64,000 bases of DNA from an uncultured Porphyromonadaceae bacterium (GCA_949285425.1 CASEAJ010000046.1:4250-68249); one strand, 5' to 3'. Shown: positions 41,338 through 52,025, counted from the first letter of the stretch. Program-made: numbers and translations. The notes: generated by a model not told the origin, from the letters alone.

Positions 41338-41949
41338 TCATTCAAAATAAGCTCTCAATAGCTTCTTTACAATAGCTTTATGCTCTGTCAAAAAGTTTTC
41401 CCGTTCCATTTTGTCCGCTTCACGATACATGGCCAGCAAAGGCTCCAACAAGTAAGGAACAAATTGCAATCCAAAGAAAACCGTTATCAAATGTACTTTT
41501 TGAAACTTAGCCTTCATTTGAGGTACATTCAATCCATCATTGAGCAGCACACTTAAGGCTTTTAAATACAACTGTGCCTTTTCACTCTTGTCTACAAAAT
41601 CATATATCAGTTTCGGATTACGCTGTATTTCCACAAAGACGAAACGAGGTATATATTCGTTTTGTCGAAGTACTTGGTCATAGATTTCTACTATCGCATC
41701 TATTTTTGAGTCAATATTCCCTTTTAAGGCAGAAAGATTTTCTACCTTCGGCAAAAGGATATTGAATATCTGTTCTATTATCGCATAGAACAGGTTTTCT
41801 TTAGTTCGATAATAATAATTCAAAGCCGTACGGCTCATTCCCGCACGCTCCGCGATATCGGACATTTTCGCACCATCCAATCCTTTTTCTATAAAAACCA
41901 ACTTGGATGCTTCTATAATCCTACATTCAGTTTCTTGATTATCAATCAT
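41338..41949 (-). CDS. TetR/AcrR family regulator
   Basis: F.EKG..GAKMSDIAERAGMSRTALNYYYRTKENL HTH. Confidence 0.93.
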   Translation of the reverse strand: MIDNQETECRIIEASKLVFIEKGLDGAKMSDIAERAGMSRTALNYYYRTKENLFYAIIEQIFNILLPKVENLSALKGNIDSKIDAIVEIYDQVLRQNEYIPRFVFVEIQRNPKLIYDFVDKSEKAQLYLKALSVLLNDGLNVPQMKAKFQKVHLITVFFGLQFVPYLLEPLLAMYREADKMERENFLTEHKAIVKKLLRAYFE

Positions 41950-41970
41950 TTTATTTTACCGACAAACCTG

Positions 41971-41992
41971 TTTGACAACAGCGTCAAAATTA
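41971..41992 (-). promoter_or_regulatory. Candidate TetR operator overlapping the -7 box
   Basis: TTTGAC-N6-GTCAAA (41971-41988) overlaps TAATTTTG (minus strand, 41985-41992). Confidence 0.55.
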
Positions 41993-42298
41993 AAAAAAGA
42001 AATGAAATCTTGACTCTACTTTCAAGGAGGTTTAGCGAAGTTTAACAAGAACAGGCCGGGTAAAGCCATGGCTTTATTCCCCAATCTTTTGTTCTTCATT
42101 CATTTTTATATATATTTGCATAATCAAGCCATGAAATTTTCACGGTCTTTTTTTCCTTTTTTCATTCCTCCCTCCAAGCTAAATGATGCACTTCCTATAG
42201 TAGATTTCCCAACTTCCTATAGCACATTTTTTAACAGTTGTTCTTTTCTACCCGTTATACATTACCTGTCAGTTCGTTGCGTAGTACACAACGAGAAA

Positions 42299-42386
42299 AG
42301 AACAACTATAGTACATTGTACAACTAACTATAGCACGTTGAGCAACTAACTATAGGTAGTCGGACAACCTACTACAGGTACTTTTT
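42299..42386. repeat. Degenerate 4 x 22-bp array related to family A
   Basis: caactaactatag at 42321 and 42343, caacctactacag at 42365, agaacaactatag at 42299. Confidence 0.75.
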
Positions 42387-42477
42387 ACACTGCTATTATT
42401 GATTGTTTTGACACGTAGGAATATGAGTAAAAGTATATTTTATACACTATATCCACAAAACAAGTTACATCGAGCAA

Positions 42478-43458
42478 CTAAAATTTCTTGTTTTTGATGC
42501 GAATGAGGAACTGAAATAATTGAGCCAAAAGACAACATTTATAATGAAGGGCACACAATACCATTTTTTCTCCCAAACGGCATTTGTATAAATACTTCAA
42601 CTCAAAGTCACGAAACATGAAAGCATATTTTTTTTTCAATACATAAGAATTCGTGTCAATCATTAAGCGAAGTTTCATACAGACTTTTGCCCATTCTGCA
42701 TATTCTTCATATTGCCTCCAAACCCCTTCCTGCTTCAAGAAACTATCCAACAATGTCCACAAAGTTATCGTATCCTCAAAATGTCCCAGCACCACTTTAT
42801 GTGTAATAGAATTTACATTTGAATGAGTATAATGATAAAAGGCCCTATCAACCTTTACTATTTTTCGAGCCTTGAAATACAATCGTGTCACGACACACCG
42901 GTCTTCACAATAACGAATATTGTCCGGAGCAAAAGCATCAGTCTCCAACCAAAACTGACGTCTTATCATTTTATTACATAATGACGGACTTACTTTCCCA
43001 GTACATACAAGCATATCTGCCTTGTTTTTTTCTGTATCGGCCGAAACATGATCATAATAAATTTCAGTCTTATCCGGATATTCCATCCATATGTCCGACA
43101 CCACGATATCAGCACTTTCTGCCACAGCCTTTTCATACATGACTTCCATCATGTCTTTATCAAGGTAATCATCACTATCAACACAGCACACATAATCACC
43201 CAAAGCCGCCAACAAAGCCATATTGCGAGCAACACCTGGCCCTTGATTATATTCGTTATTAATGATTTTCACATTGTTTGATCTACGAGGATATCGTTGG
43301 ATAAGCTCTACTAGTTTCTCCATACTATCATCCTGCGTACAATCGTTAACAAATATATATTCAATATTATCCAGTGTCTGCTCAAACAAACTACGCGCAC
43401 ATCTCTCTATAAAAAACGACACATTATAAACAGGAACTAACACTGATACTTTCGACAT
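42478..43458 (-). CDS. Glycosyltransferase family 2
   Basis: VSVLVPVYN, VNDCTQD, VDSDD, CED. Confidence 0.93.
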   Translation of the reverse strand: MSKVSVLVPVYNVSFFIERCARSLFEQTLDNIEYIFVNDCTQDDSMEKLVELIQRYPRRSNNVKIINNEYNQGPGVARNMALLAALGDYVCCVDSDDYLDKDMMEVMYEKAVAESADIVVSDIWMEYPDKTEIYYDHVSADTEKNKADMLVCTGKVSPSLCNKMIRRQFWLETDAFAPDNIRYCEDRCVVTRLYFKARKIVKVDRAFYHYTHSNVNSITHKVVLGHFEDTITLWTLLDSFLKQEGVWRQYEEYAEWAKVCMKLRLMIDTNSYVLKKKYAFMFRDFELKYLYKCRLGEKMVLCALHYKCCLLAQLFQFLIRIKNKKF

Positions 43459-43582
43459 AACCTTGAATTTTCCAGCAAAATATCATACAATAAACTCTTT
43501 TCGACTCAATATCATATATGTAAGAGCCATACAATCAAACCACACCAAGACTTCAGATTTTCTTTTAATTATAGTTATATTT

Positions 43583-44566
43583 TCAACTGTTCCTATTCTT
43601 TAAGTGCAGCAACAACAAAAACCAATAAGCAACCACATAAAGTTTAAAATGCAACAAGATCAATGTCACCTTTTCTCCTCTTCGAAGTCTTCGACTACCA
43701 ATATACTTCAATTCAACATCATGAAATAAAAATCCATACTTTTTCAACAATGCATACGAATTAACTTCTACCATAAAACGAACCTTCAACAACACTTTCG
43801 ACAAATCGGTCACCTTCTTGTATTTTTCCAAAGCCCCATGGTTTTCCAAAAACACATCCATGGTTTTCCAAAAAAGAATTATATCACTCAAATGAGACTC
43901 ATTTCTTTGAAACGTAATTGAATGCACATTAGTACAAACATAATGATAAAAAGCTCTATTCACTTTCACTATCTTCTTGGCATAAAAGTAAAGCCGGGAT
44001 ACAACAAACCAATCCTCACAATAACCCATTCCTTGAGGAACAAAAGCATTTGATTCCAACCATAAAGTCCGCCTGATCATTTTCGAACACAGAAACGGAC
44101 TGTTATGCTCACAATCCAGCATATTGGCAAAGTTTTCCTCATTATCCGTGGACACAACATAGTTTGTCACTTCAATCTTATCGGCATATTCAAACTGTCT
44201 GTCCGACACAACAATATCCGCTTGTTCAATCACCGCTTTCCGGTACAAACATTGCACCATATCAGCATCTATATAATCATCACTATCAACACAACACACA
44301 TATTCACCCGTTGCCGCCAACAAAGCCGTTTCCCGAGCCACACCTGGCCCTAAATTGGATTTATGAGTAATAATATTCACCCGATTCTTCCTATGGGGAT
44401 AACGGCGGACAATCTTTTCCAGTTTGACCATACTATCATCCGGAGTACAATCATTGACAAATATATACTCAATGTCATCAAAGGTCTGTTCAAACAAACT
44501 ACAGACACAACGTTCAATATAATCTGACACATTATAGATGGGCACCAACATAGAAACCTTTGCCAT
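43583..44566 (-). CDS. Glycosyltransferase family 2 (paralog of the downstream gene)
   Basis: VSMLVPIYN, VNDCTPD, VDSDD, CED. Confidence 0.93.
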   Translation of the reverse strand: MAKVSMLVPIYNVSDYIERCVCSLFEQTFDDIEYIFVNDCTPDDSMVKLEKIVRRYPHRKNRVNIITHKSNLGPGVARETALLAATGEYVCCVDSDDYIDADMVQCLYRKAVIEQADIVVSDRQFEYADKIEVTNYVVSTDNEENFANMLDCEHNSPFLCSKMIRRTLWLESNAFVPQGMGYCEDWFVVSRLYFYAKKIVKVNRAFYHYVCTNVHSITFQRNESHLSDIILFWKTMDVFLENHGALEKYKKVTDLSKVLLKVRFMVEVNSYALLKKYGFLFHDVELKYIGSRRLRRGEKVTLILLHFKLYVVAYWFLLLLHLKNRNS

Positions 44567-44573
44567 ATATTTC

Positions 44574-45680
44574 TCACTGCAATACAAATTCAACAAACTT
44601 ATTTTCCAACATTTTCCAATTATATTTTTCCTCTGCAGCCCGACGGGCATTCTGTGCATACTTCAGATAAAGGTCCGGCTGATTCACACAATCTATTATA
44701 AAACGGCATATAGATTCTATATCATCTGGATCAACCAAATAACCAAAATCTATTTCATCAATTTCTTTCCGGATAGCTTTCAAATCAGAAAAAACAATTG
44801 GGCGCCCACAAGCTAAATAATAAAACAATTTTATCGGCAAACTATATGTGTTCCGTAAATTCCTTAAATCCAATAAAAAATGACAATCCCCTATCATCAA
44901 GCAATAATCTTTAAACGGCAAATATCCAACCTGTTCCACATATACATTCGATGGTACATTATTCAAAAACTGTTGATAATATTGTTTGTCTATTTCTGTT
45001 TCAAAGGAAACAATCAGTTTTAAATTTATAGTCGATTCCGGTTGTAACTTTGCCAACAACGATACCACATTCAATACATTATACCCTCCCCTATCTTCAT
45101 TAAAAACTCCACTATACAATAAATCGATACCATTCTTAAAGCTTTTCAACGGATATTGTTTTATATATTCCAAATAAGGAAAATAAGGTAATTTGATCTT
45201 TTTCTTCCAAAAAAACACTTTGAACGGAAATGATTTATAATACTCTCCAAATATAAATCTGTCAGACAAAAATGCCGCACAAATATTAATCGAAGTTAAC
45301 AGCATTTTTTTCATTCTCCTCTTCAGTCCTACCATTCCAACCAAATTATGGTTTGCCGGATAACGTTCAGTTATATCATACACAATAACTCTTTTCGTTT
45401 TTTTTCCCACTGCAGCAATAATCGCTATCGGATTGTCACAAACAATCACATCCGGTTTGCTATGGCTCAACCTTATACGTACCTCTTTTATTTTATCTAC
45501 AGGTGATAAACAACTGCCATCGAAAGAATCCACATAAACTCCTTCAACAACCGATTTCATATCACAGTGTGCTGAAATAACAGTAACACAAGAATGTTTC
45601 AACATACTATATGCTTGATGATAAAAGGTTCTATCATCAAATGGCATATGAGTCATATTTACAAATGCAATTTTTTTCAT
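44574..45680 (-). CDS. Glycosyltransferase, GT4-like (GT-B)
   Basis: THMPFDDRTFY, YSG.....RG, PIKLFYYLACGRPIV, YNW. ATGA overlap with the upstream gene. Confidence 0.85.
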   Translation of the reverse strand: MKKIAFVNMTHMPFDDRTFYHQAYSMLKHSCVTVISAHCDMKSVVEGVYVDSFDGSCLSPVDKIKEVRIRLSHSKPDVIVCDNPIAIIAAVGKKTKRVIVYDITERYPANHNLVGMVGLKRRMKKMLLTSINICAAFLSDRFIFGEYYKSFPFKVFFWKKKIKLPYFPYLEYIKQYPLKSFKNGIDLLYSGVFNEDRGGYNVLNVVSLLAKLQPESTINLKLIVSFETEIDKQYYQQFLNNVPSNVYVEQVGYLPFKDYCLMIGDCHFLLDLRNLRNTYSLPIKLFYYLACGRPIVFSDLKAIRKEIDEIDFGYLVDPDDIESICRFIIDCVNQPDLYLKYAQNARRAAEEKYNWKMLENKFVEFVLQ

Positions 45681-47281
45681 TGGTATTCTTTTTCTGTTGA
45701 AGCTATTTCCTTTTTTACCTGTAAAAGATACCATTCTGAAAATACGCCATTCATTGATATAATCGCCCTACTATTACCTTTTAACTCTTTCACAATAGGT
45801 TGCACAAAGCGTTCGTAATCAAAATAATCATATTGGAATACCAATCCACTCTTTCTCAGCCAAGGGAATAAACGTTTTACAAAAACTTTCAAGTTTTCTT
45901 TCCATGGGACTTCCAACAAATTCACTCTGTCTTTGGAAAAATTCAAGTCATATTCATCAAACAATTCCCACAAAACTTCTTTATACAATTTTTGTCCGAC
46001 TCTGTATTCAAAAGGAAGAGAAACAAAAAAGTTCATCAGTTCCACATCACACAAAGGCATCTGAACCTCAACACCAAACTGTTCCCATAGTTTGTTTGTA
46101 TTTATAATGTATTTGGCTTGGCGTTCCTTCAAATCCCAATTTTCTACCATACCAAAGAGAGGAGCCGAAAAATTATCACTCAGCTCACGTCCTATCTCTT
46201 TACGAATTATTCTTCTGTCTTTCATCGAAAGTTTTACAATGTTACAATGTATATATTGCAAATCTTTCGCCAATGTTTTCAATGACCTATAATTTCTCAT
46301 ATAAGACCGCAAATGACTTCCTGAAAAGAAATCACCACCATGTCCTTGCAACACACAAGCCGTTGAATTTATTTTAGCATGATTCAACAAATAATCGGCA
46401 GCAAAATACTGCATAAAACCAAATTTTGACACATATTGAGATTCATACTTATAAAAATTGATAAACTGATTCTTCGTATAAAAATCAAGAGCTTCAATTT
46501 TTGTGTAATCGATGAACAACCATTCAAAGCCTAACCTATCAGCTACCTTTTGAGAATATTCCCATTCCGGATTACCTTGTTTCCTGCCAAACGTATAACA
46601 TAACACATCTTTCTTACCTGCTTTTTTCAACATATAGGCAAGTAACCTTGAGTCCAACCCACCACTCAACGAAAGAAGAACAGGTCTATTTTCCAACAAA
46701 ACAGACATTTTTTCCGTTACACGATTGATTATTTTCTTTAATTCTTCCTTTGCTTCAGCAAAACTTATATCATTTCTGATTTCAGACAAGAACACATGAT
46801 AAAAATTCGAAGAAATATGTCCATTACTAACAATAAGACATTCACCAGCTTGCATTTGATGCACATTTGCAATAAGAGTTTTATTACCCAACACATAACT
46901 CAAACCCGAATAAACAATTGCTGAATTTTCATCAAGCTCTTTACGTTCACCCTCTGTAAAAACATTGTCAACCTCATCTCCCACATAAACAGTTCCATTG
47001 TATTGCCTATAAAACAAAGGAAAACTCCTGAAACGATCCACAGCCAAAAACCATGTTTCTCCGTTATTCACAACTACAGAAAACAGACCATTAGCTTCCA
47101 ATAATTTTTTCTTAAATTCATTTTCATCTGATATATCATTAAAATAATCACATACTTCTTCATTTTTAAGCAAGCGTCCATCACCTGTGAACAAATATCC
47201 TTTGGCATACACATTATCCTTACAATACCAAGGGAATACTTTATTCCGTATCAAACTAATATTTACCGATCCTGTTTTCAT
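45677..47281 (-). CDS. Asparagine synthase-like amidotransferase/amide ligase
   Basis: NGLFS, AVDRFRSFPLFY, LSGGLDSR PP-loop, GHGGD; no N-terminal Cys. Confidence 0.85.
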   Translation of the reverse strand: MKTGSVNISLIRNKVFPWYCKDNVYAKGYLFTGDGRLLKNEEVCDYFNDISDENEFKKKLLEANGLFSVVVNNGETWFLAVDRFRSFPLFYRQYNGTVYVGDEVDNVFTEGERKELDENSAIVYSGLSYVLGNKTLIANVHQMQAGECLIVSNGHISSNFYHVFLSEIRNDISFAEAKEELKKIINRVTEKMSVLLENRPVLLSLSGGLDSRLLAYMLKKAGKKDVLCYTFGRKQGNPEWEYSQKVADRLGFEWLFIDYTKIEALDFYTKNQFINFYKYESQYVSKFGFMQYFAADYLLNHAKINSTACVLQGHGGDFFSGSHLRSYMRNYRSLKTLAKDLQYIHCNIVKLSMKDRRIIRKEIGRELSDNFSAPLFGMVENWDLKERQAKYIINTNKLWEQFGVEVQMPLCDVELMNFFVSLPFEYRVGQKLYKEVLWELFDEYDLNFSKDRVNLLEVPWKENLKVFVKRLFPWLRKSGLVFQYDYFDYERFVQPIVKELKGNSRAIISMNGVFSEWYLLQVKKEIASTEKEYQ

Positions 47282-47467
47282 CTTTCTATTTCTATAATCT
47301 TCATCAAAAACCATGTTGTCATAACAATTCTATTGCTCACCTCTTCTTATAAAATCATTTTTCCAACATTTTATCAATAAACCAACAACAATTAACAAAA
47401 CACATATGAAAGCAACTATTCTCCAAATCATTTTTCAGTTCAATCAACAAACTATATGTTCTCAACT

Positions 47468-48358
47468 TTAACAAAGTTTCAGTTTCCCAATAATATCATT
47501 TACACTTCTTTTTTTCAATTCTCCATAAGGCTTCATTATTCCTCCAAAGCCCTGGTAAAAGCGAGCTATCCCCTCTACTCTAGAGCCTTCAAAATCGAGC
47601 ACACGTTCCGAATGCGAACAGGAACGGACAATGTGGTCTATTATCATAAACATGGCAGAAGTGCGTTTGCCTTCTTCGTTTGAAACTGGCAACAAATAGA
47701 CCAACCGTTTATCCGAAACCAGCAGGCACAACGCGGCTATCGGTTGTTCCTGGACATCATATGCCCCCAACAGCAACAATTCTGAACGGGCAAACCCCGC
47801 ATCCAACAGTTTTATTACAACATCTGTATGCGGAACAACATATTTTTTCTCCACTCCGCAATAAAACTTCAGAAACTCTTGTGGTGTAAGTCCCTCACGT
47901 ACAGAAACACCGGCTATCTGTGCCTTGTGTATGTTCCGTTTTGTGTTTTTTGAAAAACCGGCATACAGTTCTTCATACGTCCGGTTCAAATTCAGCACAT
48001 AGTTCGGCAATTGTACTGCACGTAAACTGGCATTACCTTCATTCAAATTCAAATGATAACTCAAATAAGGAATTTTTCGTATAAAGACTTCCGCTATATT
48101 TTCACCAATTTCATGTTGGGAAAAAATGCCCAATTGTTGTGTAAGAGGCGGCTGCACCAAATATGCAAAGCCACATTTACACTTGCGTGGCAAAGGCATT
48201 ACATATTCATAGTCACCGGCTACCAACGCTTCCCAACCAGGTGACACGATATCAAGATACCATGTCAATGCATAAACAAATGAATTTGCAGCCCCCTTTA
48301 TACACTGATCCCATTTCACATAATCTATTTCTTTATGTCTTAAATAGCGTACTTGCAT
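47468..48358 (-). CDS. GNAT/FemAB-like acyl- or aminoacyl-transferase
   Basis: KWDQCI, VMPLP, QQLG, FSKNTKRNIHKA, LDFEGS..GIARFY.GFG. Confidence 0.75.
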   Translation of the reverse strand: MQVRYLRHKEIDYVKWDQCIKGAANSFVYALTWYLDIVSPGWEALVAGDYEYVMPLPRKCKCGFAYLVQPPLTQQLGIFSQHEIGENIAEVFIRKIPYLSYHLNLNEGNASLRAVQLPNYVLNLNRTYEELYAGFSKNTKRNIHKAQIAGVSVREGLTPQEFLKFYCGVEKKYVVPHTDVVIKLLDAGFARSELLLLGAYDVQEQPIAALCLLVSDKRLVYLLPVSNEEGKRTSAMFMIIDHIVRSCSHSERVLDFEGSRVEGIARFYQGFGGIMKPYGELKKRSVNDIIGKLKLC

Positions 48359-48551
48359 GACTGAATACAAATGAATAAAACACGGATAATGGTTTCTCAC
48401 ACCATTCCGTTATCCAACGGTCATCACCCTCTTTCCTTCAATTTACAAAAGTAATGGTTTTCCTTTATAAATACAGAAAAAAGCCCCTCTAACAGACTAT
48501 TTGTTTTGTGGTTGAAAAAGATTATTGTAATTTTGACACAAAATTTGAATT

Positions 48552-48950
48552 ATGGCAAAAGAAAAAGACACTATTTCCGGCTCCGGAGTGGTATATAATT
48601 CCCTTACTTACGGAAGCAAGATTATCGGCAAAATCATAGCCGACAAAGATTACCGAATCGATGGTGAAATTGAAGGTGAAATCATTTGCAGCGGCAAAGT
48701 CGTCATCGGACAAAAAGGTGTGTTGAAAGGCACTCTGCAATGTGCATTCGCTGAAATATTAGGACGTGTAGAAGGTAAAATCAATGTTTCAGACACACTT
48801 TCACTGCGCGAAAACTCAATTATAATCGGCGATATCAAAACCCAGACCCTGGTTGTCGAACCTAAAGCCGTATTTGAAGGCACATGCTCCATGATGAAGG
48901 AAAATGCCAAGCAGGAAAACCCCAGCAATACAACAAAGAAAACGGTCTGA
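48552..48950 (+). CDS. Bactofilin (polymer-forming cytoskeletal protein)
   Basis: RIDGEIEG, VVIG..G...G, GDI....L.VE..A.FEG.C.M. Confidence 0.9.
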   Translation: MAKEKDTISGSGVVYNSLTYGSKIIGKIIADKDYRIDGEIEGEIICSGKVVIGQKGVLKGTLQCAFAEILGRVEGKINVSDTLSLRENSIIIGDIKTQTLVVEPKAVFEGTCSMMKENAKQENPSNTTKKTV

Positions 48951-49085
48951 AAACCGTTTCCGATGCAAAACTTACCACACAATACACGCAAACAACAACA
49001 AATAACAACAAACACTATGTCTTGTTTGCGTGTATTACAATAGTACGCAGAAAATACTTTCCTCACAACGACAATTCACGACAGC

Positions 49086-49907
49086 ATGCGACACACATTT
49101 ATCTTACTTCTTTCCGCTGCGTTCCTTTGCACCGCCTGTGACTCCGCCCGAAAGAAAGCAGAAAAAGACATCAAACACAGGTTCGAACACATAGAAACTC
49201 TATTAAACGAGAACTCACTTCATGCAGCCCGCATCGAATTGGACAGTATTCACACGCTGTATCCCCGCATGGTCGATGCACGCCGGCTGGCAAAAGCACT
49301 GAACGACACGATAACCTTGCGGGAAAGTTGCCGCACACTGGCTTATTGTGACAGCCTGCTACCTATCAAACAACACCAAGCTGACTCCATACAAAAACAA
49401 TTCCGTTACGAAAAAAACGACACCTATGAGAATATAGGCCACTATGTATACAAAGCCTTACGCATAGAAGCAAACATAGACCGTACGTATCTTCGGGCAT
49501 ATGTAGACGAGCATGCCGACTTCTATCTGATAAGCAACTTTACCGGAAATTACACCCTGCAACACACCCGTATCAAAGCCTCAGTAGACGACATGTATGC
49601 AACGACCGACAGCATTGCTATCGACAGTCCGCTCAACCACAGTTTCAATGATAATGGCACCTATTGGGAAATTGTCACATTCAAGAACGAAGCTTCCGGC
49701 AACCTGCCTGTATTCATAGCCCAATATGCACAAGAACGCATAAAAATCACCTTACAAGGCAAACGGAACTATGTGTTCTACCTCACCGAAACCGACAAGA
49801 AAGCATTGAGCGAAACTTACAATCTATGGGTTGCAAAAAAAGATGTGGCCATGCTTCAGCAGGAAATAAGAAAGGCACAAGCAACCATTGACAGAATAAA
49901 ACAATGA
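49086..49907 (+). CDS. Hypothetical lipoprotein
   Basis: Lipobox CTAC; helical N- and C-termini. Confidence 0.7.
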   Translation: MRHTFILLLSAAFLCTACDSARKKAEKDIKHRFEHIETLLNENSLHAARIELDSIHTLYPRMVDARRLAKALNDTITLRESCRTLAYCDSLLPIKQHQADSIQKQFRYEKNDTYENIGHYVYKALRIEANIDRTYLRAYVDEHADFYLISNFTGNYTLQHTRIKASVDDMYATTDSIAIDSPLNHSFNDNGTYWEIVTFKNEASGNLPVFIAQYAQERIKITLQGKRNYVFYLTETDKKALSETYNLWVAKKDVAMLQQEIRKAQATIDRIKQ

Positions 49908-50013
49908 AAGGCAGATAAGCAGCTCTACGCGCAAGCGGAAGCGCGTATTTCTTCAAAAGAACATCGTCCGGTCAGGTTTTCTTTTCCACAAAGGGATATG
50001 AAGATTTGACCGG

Positions 50014-51069
50014 TTAACGGTTCGTTTCAAGAAACATTTCCGTCAACCTTGAAACCGCATAACGATCTACCTCACTCTCAGCAATGGTCTGCAAGCTGTC
50101 AAAAAAACAATTTCCACGTTCGACCTGCACCGTTACAAACCGGGCAAATATATTCCGGTGGCTAAGCACATGCTTCATCACCTGTGAAACGGCACGCATT
50201 TCAACCTTTCCACAGTTTTCAAACATGGTCTCGAAACGCTTGTCGGCCATGAGTTCATCAAGTGTCAGCAATGTATCAGTTTCTATTAGCGGGAATTCAT
50301 ACAAGCCTTTCCACACATCGTTTCCCGTACGTTTCTGCAGAAAAGTCATTCCTTCATGCAGAACATAAAAATAGTTGAAATAACGGTTTTTTATTTTTGT
50401 CTGTTGCCGTTTGACCGGCAAACTTGCCACCATGCCCCATTCAAAGGCCTTGCACTGCGCCTGTAAAGGACAATGTAGACAATCGGGCGATTGAGGCACA
50501 CACTGCAAAGCTCCGAACTCCATCATGGCCTGGTTGTGCAGGCCAGGACGGTCGTACGGCAACAACTCCTGAGCCAGAGCAGCAAACGCTTTCCTACCCT
50601 CTCCCGAATCAATGGGCATATCCAAGGCAAACAAGCGCGACAGCACCCGGTACACATTGCCATCGACCGTGGCATGAGGCAAACCATAGGCAAAAGAGGC
50701 TATTGCCGCCGCAGTATATTCGCCCACCCCATTAAGAGACAATATTTCTTTATAGTCGTGCGGGAATGCCCCTGCAAAGTCGGCCAAAATCCTCTTTGCC
50801 GCCTTGTGCAAATTGCGTGCCCGGGAATAGTACCCCAACCCCTGCCAGTATTTAAGCACCTCATCCTCTTCAGCCTCCGCCAATGTCCGCACATCCGGAA
50901 ATCGGCCGATAAAACGCAAATAATAATCCATTCCCTGATTCACACGGGTCTGTTGAAGTATTATTTCCGACACCCATATGCGGTACGGGTCGGTAATGCC
51001 ACGCCACGGCAAGTCACGCTTATGTTCCAGATACCACGCAACAATCCGCTCCGAATATATTGTATCCAT
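50014..51069 (-). CDS. mutY: A/G-specific adenine glycosylase
   Basis: RDLPWR, SEIILQQT, GLGYYSRARN, GVGEYTA, VDGNV, C-x6-C-x2-C-x5-C. Confidence 0.97.
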   Translation of the reverse strand: MDTIYSERIVAWYLEHKRDLPWRGITDPYRIWVSEIILQQTRVNQGMDYYLRFIGRFPDVRTLAEAEEDEVLKYWQGLGYYSRARNLHKAAKRILADFAGAFPHDYKEILSLNGVGEYTAAAIASFAYGLPHATVDGNVYRVLSRLFALDMPIDSGEGRKAFAALAQELLPYDRPGLHNQAMMEFGALQCVPQSPDCLHCPLQAQCKAFEWGMVASLPVKRQQTKIKNRYFNYFYVLHEGMTFLQKRTGNDVWKGLYEFPLIETDTLLTLDELMADKRFETMFENCGKVEMRAVSQVMKHVLSHRNIFARFVTVQVERGNCFFDSLQTIAESEVDRYAVSRLTEMFLETNR

Positions 51070-51103
51070 TGAATAACGATTGATATTTTCTGTATTTGCC
51101 GAA

Positions 51104-51177
51104 CAAAGATAGTGCAAATGCGAGCAAAATCCATCAAGCTTACTAAATGGTTTTGTAGAATACAACTTATTCTTTCT
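51104..51177. repeat. Degenerate copy of the ~75-bp promoter-bearing hairpin element
   Basis: caaagatagtgcaaatg...gcaaaa...ttttg..gaatacaacttat; TATCTTTG faces mutY. Confidence 0.7.
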
Positions 51178-51565
51178 ATCTACGCATACGGTCTGGTTCA
51201 TGTTTTTCCCGACTCATATTTTGTTTCTTTCTGACATAAGTTCTATAACTCAAATTGTAAACGATATAATCCAAGCGCAAGGTCATAGACTATTTACGAC
51301 TAAAACCACAAAACTATACGTACAGACAAAAGAAAACAAGTTCACAAAGACAGGAAATCTCCGTTTCACCACAATGGACATGACAAAACAAAAATCTGCC
51401 AGTCTTCACATGTCAAGACATGAAAGCCGGAAAACTTTACCATAGACGGTATTTACAGCAAAATACGGCCTAATCCAAGATTGGACATCAATCCCTTCAT
51501 TGGCAATGACAATGGACTTATGAATCCCAACGCTGTTAAACACCAGCAAACAATTCGTCCCTGCC

Positions 51566-51988
51566 CTACTTTCCGGCACATGCGGGACAAAATCCTTTCA
51601 CCGTGTAATTAATGGAATTAATGACATATCCTTCGGGCAAAACAGCCACCGGTATCTTGATGTCATCAAGGCAAAACGTGCGGTGGCACGCTTCGCAGAA
51701 AAAATGAATGTGACGGTCGCCAACATGGCACACATCGGATGTATTGCGACACAGTTCATACTTTACAGAACCACTGCCATCCTCAAAAGCATGCAGCACA
51801 TGATGTTCCAGCAAGACGGAAAGAGAGCGTGATATGGTCGACTTATCCAACGTGCCCAACTCAGTTTCCAGTTCAAAGAGAGAAATGGGGCTGGTGAGTT
51901 CCGACAATTTCTGTACAATCAGAATACGTGCCGCCGTAGGACGCACCCCCTTATGAATCAGATGTTCTTCACTTTGCTTGCTTAACAT
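51566..51988 (-). CDS. Fur family metalloregulator
   Basis: RPTAAR, DKSTISR, HIHFFCEAC...CPAC. Confidence 0.92.
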   Translation of the reverse strand: MLSKQSEEHLIHKGVRPTAARILIVQKLSELTSPISLFELETELGTLDKSTISRSLSVLLEHHVLHAFEDGSGSVKYELCRNTSDVCHVGDRHIHFFCEACHRTFCLDDIKIPVAVLPEGYVINSINYTVKGFCPACAGK

Positions 51989-52025
51989 AACCGCCTTTTT
52001 TACTGTTCACACTCACTGTCACCTG

